Shown here: positions 30,356 through 36,793 of the stretch, piece by piece
Position numbering within the stretch: position 1 is the stretch's first letter
Layout of the letters: the number at the start of each line of letters is the position of its first letter
Assembly (NCBI GenBank): GCA_038230375.1
Contig: JBBRNJ010000001.1
Location: 192,001 to 256,000, forward strand
DNA: 64,000 bases
Direction of reading: 5' to 3'
Source of the DNA: Polyangiales bacterium
GTDB taxonomy: Bacteria; Myxococcota_A; Polyangia; Polyangiales; Polyangiaceae
The notes under the pieces: generated by a model
Told to the model about the DNA's origin: nothing
What the model saw: the letters and a program-made list of their open reading frames with translations, nothing else
Databases searched by the model: none
Translations under genes and position numbers: made by a program

Positions 30356-30616
30356 ATGATCACCTTGACCCTCATCCAAACAAACCAGCTCCAGAGCACC
30401 GAAGGCGCAAGCCTGCGGCCGATCTGTTTGCCGGCTTGCGTGCGGGCTTGGGTGCGGGCGCACGACTATAAAGGCGGCGCCATCGAAACGCGCCCAGTCT
30501 ATGGCGATCTGGGCTTTGGCGGCCAGGACTTCGGCGGCCAGGGCTCTGCAAATCAGGGCTTTGGAAATCAGGACAGCAACAAGCCCTCCGATCATGCGCC
30601 GGAGGTCACCCCCTAA
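30356..30616 (+). CDS. Putative leader peptide (86 aa)
   Basis: Short ORF with atypical codon use and G/Q/F-rich low-complexity tail, between promoter and terminator hairpin. Confidence 0.45.
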   Translation: MITLTLIQTNQLQSTEGASLRPICLPACVRAWVRAHDYKGGAIETRPVYGDLGFGGQDFGGQGSANQGFGNQDSNKPSDHAPEVTP

Positions 30617-30667
30617 GCGGAGCTCTCAAAAGCACCCGCGGCCCACAAGGACCGTGCAGTGCGATGA

Positions 30668-30706
30668 AAGGCCGCCTCGGGATCCCGAAGGCGGCCTTCT
30701 TCGTTT
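30668..30706 (+). terminator. Intrinsic terminator/attenuator hairpin upstream of the tRNA array
   Basis: AAGGCCGCC-TCGGGA/TCCCGA-A-GGCGGCCTT followed by CTTCGTTT. Confidence 0.7.
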
Positions 30707-30901
30707 GTGGCCCTCTCTCCGTCCCTCACGCCTCAGGGCCCCCAGCAAGGCGCCCCTCCGACACGACACCGCGCGCAGCTCGGGACTCACAGCACCAACA
30801 CTCCACATACTTTTGCGTATTCAAACGCGGTAACAGGCCATGTCAAACGCACTACTTTCGCGCCGTCTGGCGCTATCGGGAGAGCTTTGTCCTTCGCAAT
30901 A

Positions 30902-30973
30902 GGGACGCTCGCTCAACAGAAAGGCACCGGGCTTTTAACCCGAGAGATGAGGGTGCAACTCCCTCGCGTCCCA
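30902..30973 (+). tRNA. tRNA-Lys(UUU), atypical T-loop
   Basis: Acceptor GGGACGC/GCGTCCC; anticodon loop CTTTTAA; T arm GAGGG-TGCAACT-CCCTC. Confidence 0.8.
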
Positions 30974-30981
30974 CTTACTTC

Positions 30982-31057
30982 GGGCTCGTCGCGTAACCAG
31001 CAGCGCACTCGGTTCTTAACCGATGAAGCGGGGGTGCAAATCCCTCCGAGCCCACCA
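30982..31057 (+). tRNA. tRNA-Lys(CUU), CCA encoded
   Basis: Acceptor GGGCTCG/CGAGCCC; loop TTCTTAA; T-loop TGCAAAT; ACCA end. Confidence 0.8.
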
Positions 31058-31076
31058 GACGACCGCGATCGCGACG

Positions 31077-31177
31077 AACGACAACGACAACGACGACAAC
31101 GACAACGACAACGACAACGATAACGACGTGAACCTCGACCTCGACCTCGACCTCGACCTCGACCTCGACCTCGACCT
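31077..31177 (+). repeat. Tandem hexamers (ACAACG)n then (ACCTCG)x7 inside the tRNA array
   Basis: Directly visible. Confidence 0.9.
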
Positions 31178-31217
31178 TTGATTCCTCCCCAACCCTTGAA
31201 CCTCAACCTCCAACCAC

Positions 31218-31288
31218 TCCGGGATCGTCCAACAGGAGGACTCTGGTTTCTGAAACCAAGAATGCAGGTGCAAATCCTGCTCCCGGAG
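31218..31288 (+). tRNA. tRNA-Gln(CUG)
   Basis: Acceptor TCCGGGA/TCCCGGA; D stem GTCC/GGAC; loop TTCTGAA; GCAGG-TGCAAAT-CCTGC. Confidence 0.82.
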
Positions 31289-31453
31289 CGACGTGGCTCG
31301 TTCCACAAGCGCGAGTCTCATGTGTGCGCCCGCCTTGCGGGCACCTGTTCCCTGACAATCAGCGCCAATCATCGAAGCCACGCGTGTGTGGTTCGCAGCT
31401 CGTCGCCTCATGGGGCGAGTCCGCGCCAACGCACGCGTGGCCTCCAATCTTTT

Positions 31454-31525
31454 TCCAGCGTCGCTCAGTGGCAGAGCAATCGGCCGTTAACCGATCTGAC
31501 GAAGGTTCGATTCCTTCCGCTGGAG
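31454..31525 (+). tRNA. tRNA-Asn(GUU), C at position 33
   Basis: TCCAGCG/CGCTGGA; GCTCAGTGGCAGAGC; ATCGG-CCGTTAA-CCGAT; GGTTCGATTCC. Confidence 0.85.
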
Positions 31526-31552
31526 CCGCGCAAGCGCGCGCATCGAAGTTCC

Positions 31553-31625
31553 GGATCGTGAGCTAGTCCAGTGATAGCGCCTGGCTGAAAACCGGGAGAA
31601 CGTGGTGCGACCCCACGACGATCCA
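31553..31625 (+). tRNA. tRNA-Phe(GAA), atypical
   Basis: GGATCGT/ACGATCC; GCTA/TAGC; CCTGG-CTGAAAA-CCGGG; CGTGG-TGCGACC-CCACG. Confidence 0.78.
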
Positions 31626-31626
31626 C

Positions 31627-31769
31627 AAACGGCGGCGGCTTGAGCCGGGCTCATCCCGGGAGGCTTCGTTTCGACCTGCGCGCGGTGCTCACGGACAGGA
31701 GTCCGCTCCGCTCCGTGCTCGGTCGAAGCCTCGCCTTCCGGGCGATCCCGGCCCAATCCACCACCGTTT
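31627..31769. repeat. REP/MITE-like nested palindromic element, copy A
   Basis: Ends AAACGGCGGCGG/CCACCACCGTTT pair; 75-bp core 31661-31735 matches copy B in inverted orientation. Confidence 0.7.
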
Positions 31770-31836
31770 GCCGCGTTGCGCGGACTTGCGGCGTTGCCGC
31801 GCGTTTGCGGCGGACGGCCGTTGCAATGCCTCTCTT

Positions 31837-31909
31837 GGTGACGGTACTCGTCTGGCGACGAGGGTCGGTTGTGGACCGACGGAGGCGGGTTCGATCCCCG
31901 TCCGTCACC
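31837..31909 (+). tRNA. tRNA-His(GUG) with G-1
   Basis: G-GTGACGG/CCGTCAC-C; GTCGG-TTGTGGA-CCGAC; GGTTCGATCCC. Confidence 0.85.
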
Positions 31910-31922
31910 CTGCTCTCTTCAT

Positions 31923-31998
31923 GCCTCGTGGTACGACCGGTGTCGTTCCTCCACTGTCTATGGAGGCCAGATGGGTTCGACCCCCATACGAGGCGCCA
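31923..31998 (+). tRNA. tRNA-Asp(GUC), CCA encoded
   Basis: GCCTCGT/ACGAGGC-G-CCA; CTCCA-CTGTCTA-TGGAG; ATGGG-TTCGACC-CCCAT. Confidence 0.82.
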
Positions 31999-32075
31999 CC
32001 CCAGCCCCCCACCAAACGGGCCCAGTGGGCGCGACGGCATGCGCAATGCGCCCGTCCCACCAACCAGCAAACTTG

Positions 32076-32220
32076 AAAACAGCGTCGCATAGGGCGAGAG
32101 GCGCCCGTCAGGCGAGGCTTCGAGCGAGCACGGAGCGGAACGGACTCCTGTCCGTGAGCACCGCGCGCAGCTCGAAACGAAGCCTGGCGGGATGCATCTC
32201 GCCCTAGGCGATGCTGTTTT
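32076..32220. repeat. REP/MITE-like nested palindromic element, copy B
   Basis: Ends AAAACAGCGTCGC/GCGATGCTGTTTT pair; core 32111-32185 is the reverse complement of the copy A core (72/75 by eye). Confidence 0.7.
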
Positions 32221-32221
32221 A

Positions 32222-32292
32222 GTGGGAGTCGTTTAATGGCAGGACGGCAGTCTTCCAAACTGCATATGAGGGTTCGATTCCCTCTTCCCGCA
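32222..32292 (+). tRNA. tRNA-Gly(UCC)
   Basis: GTGGGAG/TTCCCGC; GCAGT-CTTCCAA-ACTGC; GAGGG-TTCGATT-CCCTC. Confidence 0.85.
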
Positions 32293-32394
32293 CCGACGCA
32301 CGAGCCTTCCTGCAGTGTCAGGCCGGTGGTGCGTCATGCTTCGCTTCGTTCACCTTGGCAATCAACAACACACCACTCCGGAAAGGAGGACATC

Positions 32395-34023
32395 ATGGCT
32401 CACAAGTCTCTATTCAGGTCCGCATCCATCTCTGCGTCGGCAACCACGTTCAACGAGGCCGGCGGCCGCGCCTACGCGTTCTCCCCGGAGCACGCGCTCG
32501 CGCAGTACACGGCGACGGGCACCATGAACCACACGTTCTACGCCACGGCCCTGGACCAGCTCCAGACCGTGCTCGCGTTGTCCGAAAAGGTGTCTCCCCT
32601 CTTCCTGGCCAAGACTGCGGTCTTCGCGCGCGAGAAGGGATTCATGAAGGACATGCCCGCGCTGCTCACGGCCCTTCTGTCGAGGAAGGACACCCGCCTC
32701 TTCGCGCAAGTGTTCCCGCGCACGATCGACAACGGAAAGATGCTCCGCAACTTCGTCCAGATCGTTCGCTCGGGCGCCACGGGCCGCAAGTCTCTCGGTA
32801 CAGCACCGAAGCGTGCGGCACGTGCGTGGTTCGACACCCGATCTCCTCAGGCCATCTTCAGGCAGTCGCTTGGCAGCGAGCCCTCCATGAAGGATGTCAT
32901 CAAGCTCGTTCGTCCGTCTCCGAAGAAGGCAGACGGTCAGACGGACGCGATGCGCCAGGCCCTCTACGGGTACCTGATCGACAAGGAGCACGTCGCCACG
33001 GACCTCCCGGACATCGTCCAGGTGTTCGAGGCGTACAAGTCGGACCAGAGGACCGCGGGCGGAACCCTGCAGCATGGGCTCCCGGACGTGCCGTTCGAGA
33101 TGCTCACTGCGCTGCCGCTCACGGCTGCGGAGTGGACGGAGATCGCGAAGCGAATGAGCTTCACGCAGCTCCGCATGAACCTGAACACGCTTCTCCGTCA
33201 TGGTGTCTTCGCAGACGCCGAGATGGTGGAGCACGTCGCCCGTCAGCTCCGTGACCCGGAGCTCGTGCGGCGCTCACGCACGATGCCGTATCAGCTCATG
33301 AACGCATGGAAGGCTCAGAACGCCGACATGCCGAAGCAGATCGGCCTCGCGCTCCAGGCGGCCATGGAGATCGCAACCGAGAACGTTCCGACGTTCGAAG
33401 GGCGCATCTACATCTGTCCGGACGTGTCAGGATCCATGCACAGCTCGGTGACGGGATATCGCAAGGGCGCGACGAGCGCCGTTCGCTGTCTCGACGTCGC
33501 CGCGCTCGTGTCCGCTGCCTTCATTCGTCGCAACCCGACGGCGGAAGTGATTCCGTTCTCGGACGACGTGGTGAAGCTGCCGCACGCTCTGAACCCGCTC
33601 GACTCGATCGCGACCAACGCACAGTTGCTCGCGAGCTTGCCGAGTGGAGGCACCGCGTGCTCGGCGCCGCTCCGTGCGCTCAACCAGTCGCACGCGCGGG
33701 GCGATCTCGTGATCTACGTCTCGGACAACATGTCCTGGGCGGACTTCGCGCGGTCTCCGTCGGCGGGCCACGGCGTGGGCGCGGGAACGCGTCCCACCGT
33801 CATGGCAGAGGAGTGGGATCTGTTCTCGCGTCGCAACCCGGGCGCGAAGCTCGTGCTCATCGACCTTCAGCCGTACGCCTCGACCCAGGTACAGGATCGA
33901 GCGGACGTCTTGAACGTCGGAGGGTTCTCGGACTCGGTGTTCGACGTCGTGTCGCTCTTTGCAAAGGGCAACCTCGACGCCGCGCACTGGGTGGGTGCGA
34001 TCGAAGCAGTGTCCCTCACGTGA
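32395..34023 (+). CDS. rsr: Ro60/TROVE-vWA RNA-binding protein (Rsr ortholog)
   Basis: RBS AAGGAGG before ATG; NEAGGRAY, NGKMLRNFVQIVRSG..GRKSLG; vWA MIDAS DVSGSM, GGT, SDN. Confidence 0.9.
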   Translation: MAHKSLFRSASISASATTFNEAGGRAYAFSPEHALAQYTATGTMNHTFYATALDQLQTVLALSEKVSPLFLAKTAVFAREKGFMKDMPALLTALLSRKDTRLFAQVFPRTIDNGKMLRNFVQIVRSGATGRKSLGTAPKRAARAWFDTRSPQAIFRQSLGSEPSMKDVIKLVRPSPKKADGQTDAMRQALYGYLIDKEHVATDLPDIVQVFEAYKSDQRTAGGTLQHGLPDVPFEMLTALPLTAAEWTEIAKRMSFTQLRMNLNTLLRHGVFADAEMVEHVARQLRDPELVRRSRTMPYQLMNAWKAQNADMPKQIGLALQAAMEIATENVPTFEGRIYICPDVSGSMHSSVTGYRKGATSAVRCLDVAALVSAAFIRRNPTAEVIPFSDDVVKLPHALNPLDSIATNAQLLASLPSGGTACSAPLRALNQSHARGDLVIYVSDNMSWADFARSPSAGHGVGAGTRPTVMAEEWDLFSRRNPGAKLVLIDLQPYASTQVQDRADVLNVGGFSDSVFDVVSLFAKGNLDAAHWVGAIEAVSLT

Positions 34024-34047
34024 CGGACGCGCGCGACGCACGCAACG

Positions 34048-34084
34048 ACGCCCGGATCGCTGAACGAAAAGGCGATCCGGGCGT
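34048..34084 (+). other. Strong hairpin after the Ro60 gene (processing/stability element)
   Basis: ACGCCCGGATCGC/GCGATCCGGGCGT 13-bp stem, no long U tail. Confidence 0.6.
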
Positions 34085-34117
34085 TCGGGGCAACTCTCGC
34101 GCGCACGACTTCTTCCT

Positions 34118-34199
34118 GGGCGAGTAGACCCGTATGGATCGGGGCGGGGCCGTAAACCACGCACTACACGTCAACTCGGTTCGATTCCGAGCTCGCTCA
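34118..34199 (+). tRNA. tRNA-Tyr(GUA), degenerate, possibly pseudo
   Basis: GGGCGAG/CTCGCTC; loop CCGTAAA with one stem mismatch; long variable region; CTCGG-TTCGATT-CCGAG. Confidence 0.65.
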
Positions 34200-34204
34200 C
34201 TGCG

Positions 34205-34281
34205 GCAGATGAATGAGAGGACTACATTGGCCTGCGGCCACTTGTCTGGTGGGACCTTCGGTCCCCTCACAGCTTCGCTGC
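34205..34281 (+). ncRNA. Y RNA-like element 1 (short)
   Basis: GCAGATGAATG...GGACTACA 5' motif; TGAGAGGAC pairs with GTCCCCTCA and GCAG with CTGC, as in the neighbouring copies. Confidence 0.5.
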
Positions 34282-34381
34282 GAGCCTCCCCGGCCTGGCT
34301 TCGCCAACTTCGTGCTTTGCACGAAGCGTGCGGCTTGCCACCTCGGCGCTATCGAGTTTGCGTTGAGACTTCACTGGTTTT

Positions 34382-34497
34382 GCAGCGAATGCTGCGGGGA
34401 CTACATGGCTGTCGCGGGTTCGAATCCCGTATGCTCTTTCGTTGAAGCATTAGCTCAGTCGGGTAGAGCAACATGTCCCTGCGACCCTCGTCGCTGC
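34382..34497 (+). ncRNA. YrlA-type Y RNA with tRNA-like module
   Basis: Terminal stem GCAGCGAATG/TCGTCGCTGC; T arm GCGGG-TTCGAAT-CCCGT, loop-closed acceptor-like stem ATGCT/AGCAT, then D arm TAGCTCAGTCGGGTAGAGC (T before D). Confidence 0.85.
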
Positions 34498-34513
34498 GTT
34501 TTTTCAAACCTCT

Positions 34514-34636
34514 GCAGCGAATGCTGCGGGGACTACAGGGATGTGGAGGTTGCGGGAGCTCGCGCCCCGCCGGCTCGCAAGGGCCGTAGCTCAAAGCAGA
34601 GCGCCACATATACGTCTCCGCCATCTTTGTCGCTGC
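34514..34636 (+). ncRNA. Second YrlA-type Y RNA (degenerate T-loop)
   Basis: Same 5' 24 nt GCAGCGAATGCTGCGGGGACTACA; ATGTGG/CCACAT; GCGGG/CCCGC; CGGCT/GGCCG; TAGCTCAAAGCAGAGC; 3' TTGTCGCTGC. Confidence 0.75.
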
Positions 34637-34644
34637 GCTCTTCA

Positions 34645-34727
34645 GGGGCGAATGCCGCCTGGAACTACACCCGGTTCAAACAAGCCGGTGCCGCAAGGCA
34701 CCACGTTCCACGCACTCTTGTCGCCCC
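34645..34727 (+). ncRNA. Y RNA-like element 4 (no full tRNA module)
   Basis: GGGGCGAATG/TTGTCGCCCC terminal stem; TGGAAC-TACA...GTTCCA; two small internal hairpins. Confidence 0.65.
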
Positions 34728-34827
34728 GATTCTTCTCTCTCTCCTTCACCCCTCCACCTCACCCTCACCCTCAACCGCAACCAAGAACCCAACCCCGGAC
34801 CTTCACTTCAACCTCATCGGTGATCCC

Positions 34828-35358
34828 ATGTCTTCCCGCACTCTCATCCTCACTCCGTGGATGGCGCCGCACCGTGTGATCTCGTGGCAGCGCGCCATCG
34901 TGCTCTTCTACCTTGGCAAGGTGGAGGTCCTGGAGTTCTGGGACGAGATGGTGCGGTCGCCGTCGCTCACACTCCGCACGCCGGCCGTGGTTCGCCTCAC
35001 GCAAGCGTCCAGCTCTCGCAAGAACAAGGTTCGCTTCTCGCGAACCAACGTCTTCACGCGTGACGGCTTTCGCTGCCAGTACTGCGGCGAGAAGCGCTCG
35101 CCGGGCGATCTGAACTACGACCACGTGGTGCCGCGCCAGCGCGGTGGAAAGACGACGTGGGAGAACATCGTCACGTCTTGCTACGGCTGCAATGACAAGA
35201 AGGGCAGCCGCACGCCGGAGGAGGCTTGCATGAAGCTTCGCAGGAAGCCCTTCCGCCCCACGTCGCTTCCGTTCGTGCCGCTGTTGCCGATTGGCCGTGA
35301 TGTACCTGCCCTCTGGCAGGCCTATGTCACAGGCATCGATGTCACGCTGAACGCGTGA
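34828..35358 (+). CDS. HNH endonuclease (McrA-like, Zn-binding)
   Basis: FSRTNVFTRDGFRCQYCG, DHVVP..RGG.TTWENIVTSCYGCN.KKG. Confidence 0.9.
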   Translation: MSSRTLILTPWMAPHRVISWQRAIVLFYLGKVEVLEFWDEMVRSPSLTLRTPAVVRLTQASSSRKNKVRFSRTNVFTRDGFRCQYCGEKRSPGDLNYDHVVPRQRGGKTTWENIVTSCYGCNDKKGSRTPEEACMKLRRKPFRPTSLPFVPLLPIGRDVPALWQAYVTGIDVTLNA

Positions 35359-35449
35359 CTGACAACAGCCCGTCTTGCGCACTGCCGTGCGGCGCTCTCG
35401 CGTCGCGCGTGTGTGCGTTGGCCCAGACGAAAAACAGGGCCGCTTTTTC

Positions 35450-35525
35450 CAGGGTGTAGCTGAGTGGCGAAAGCGTCCGCTTCGGGAGCGGAAGATCGCA
35501 GGTTCGACTCCTGCCACCCTGACCA
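35450..35525 (+). tRNA. tRNA-Pro(CGG), CCA encoded
   Basis: CAGGGTG/CACCCTG-A-CCA; TCCGC-TTCGGGA-GCGGA; GCAGG-TTCGACT-CCTGC. Confidence 0.88.
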
Positions 35526-35541
35526 CGCAGAAAGCGCTCGC

Positions 35542-36051
35542 TCAACGCCAGGCGATCGTCTCGTAGGGCGTCGCTAGCTTGTCGCGATCCAGGATGGACG
35601 TGTCGATCCCGTCCGGATCGGTGTCCTCGCCTGCGGCCTTGCCCGCAAGGAAGTTCTTGAAGCTGTCGGCCAGCAGGTAGCAATTCCAGCCGTCGTAGTC
35701 GAAGAGGAAGACGGGAGCGCTCGGCTTGCCGGCATCCACCGCAAGGAAGCCCTTGTACGGCTCGTCGTCATCGTCGGCCTCGACGTCACAGAGCACGGCG
35801 AGCGGCACCAGCTTCCCGAACGTGTCCTTCCATTCGTCCGCGAGCGTGTCGCCTTCGTCGATGAACTGGCGCTCCGCGAGCTCCTCGATGTTCGAGAGCT
35901 CCTCCGCACCGAAGTCGCAGGTGAACGTGCCGCGAACGAAGCCGCTCACGAGCTCCAGCGTGCGGTCTTCCTCGTTCTTGGAAAGGAACGCGTCGACCTC
36001 TTTCGGCAGTGTCACACCGAAAGCCTTCGCGATCGCCTTGTTCATGCTCAT
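35542..36051 (-). CDS. SMI1/KNR4 (SUKH)-like acidic protein
   Basis: FGVTLPKEVDAFL, LVPLA, PVFLFDYD...LADSFKNFL pattern. Confidence 0.6.
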   Translation of the reverse strand: MSMNKAIAKAFGVTLPKEVDAFLSKNEEDRTLELVSGFVRGTFTCDFGAEELSNIEELAERQFIDEGDTLADEWKDTFGKLVPLAVLCDVEADDDDEPYKGFLAVDAGKPSAPVFLFDYDGWNCYLLADSFKNFLAGKAAGEDTDPDGIDTSILDRDKLATPYETIAWR

Positions 36052-36312
36052 GGGCGCACCCTTATGCGATCACGGCTGAAGGTGACAGGAGGATCGCGCG
36101 CACGAGGACCCGCTTGCGCGCAAAACCTCGGTCGACGCCCATTGGACGTAGCCACGTGGCGGGACATTCAAACGCGAATCGCACTATTTTTCTCGATGGA
36201 TGAGCCCTCGCCGTGGAGGCCGCAGCGCGTGTGGAGTCGCGTTCACGGTGGACCGCAAAGCTGTGTCATTTCGTGCGACGTGGCCAGGCACGCGGCTCGC
36301 TAGGTGGAGGAC

Positions 36313-36762
36313 ATGTCCATTCGTGGAACGCTCGACAAGGTGTTCGGCAGCATCCTCAACGAGTCCCCGGATCCGTTCGCCTCCGAGGTCGCGCTCGTCG
36401 CCAACGGTGTCGTCTCCTTGCTTGCCTTCTTTGCAGCATGGCTTCTCCTCTCGCTCCACGTGCTTCCTTCCGCCATCGTCGCTTGCTTGTTGTTCGTTCT
36501 TCTTCGCGTCGCGTTCGCGCACCGCGCCACCACCATCGCAGCCGGAGCGATCTCCGCACTCGGGATCGCGCTCGCCACCGGCGCCGCTGGCTGGATCATG
36601 GGACAGTGCGCCGAGACCACCGCTGTGCCGGAGATCTGCGCCGCGGTCTGTGCGGTGCTCGGTGGCGCGCTGCCCGCGAACGCCTACGGCCGCCTCCTCA
36701 AGCTGTCGACCCCGCGCACGCCGCGCGAGAGCCAGCACTCGCTGGTGCCGTCCACACGCTGA
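36313..36762 (+). CDS. Small membrane protein
   Basis: GGAGG RBS; about four hydrophobic segments. Confidence 0.6.
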   Translation: MSIRGTLDKVFGSILNESPDPFASEVALVANGVVSLLAFFAAWLLLSLHVLPSAIVACLLFVLLRVAFAHRATTIAAGAISALGIALATGAAGWIMGQCAETTAVPEICAAVCAVLGGALPANAYGRLLKLSTPRTPRESQHSLVPSTR

Positions 36763-36793
36763 TCGTCTTGACCCGCGCCGTCTCGGTTCCCCG

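Noticed and set aside
30150..30900. Sigma54 (RtcR-type) promoter for the Ro60 operon
   Set aside because: No TGGCAC-N5-TTGC with correct GG-N10-GC spacing found by eye
31377..31441. Hairpin as an additional tRNA or Y RNA (also 32025-32062)
   Set aside because: Simple stems without T/D arms or the GAATG...TACA motif
32236..32394. N-terminal extension of the 595-aa Ro60 ORF
   Set aside because: Overlaps tRNA-Gly; a strong RBS supports ATG 32395
34382..34537. 24-nt direct repeat GCAGCGAATGCTGCGGGGACTACA as a CRISPR array
   Set aside because: Only two exact copies, about 108 nt apart, structured tRNA-like interiors, no cas genes; better explained as Y RNAs
34213..34827. N-terminal 205 aa of the 381-aa HNH ORF
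   Set aside because: Runs through the structured Y-RNA-like genes; HNH-like sequence begins at ATG 34828
30900..36100. Prophage or integrative element at the tRNAs
   Set aside because: No integrase, phage genes or duplicated tRNA 3' end seen
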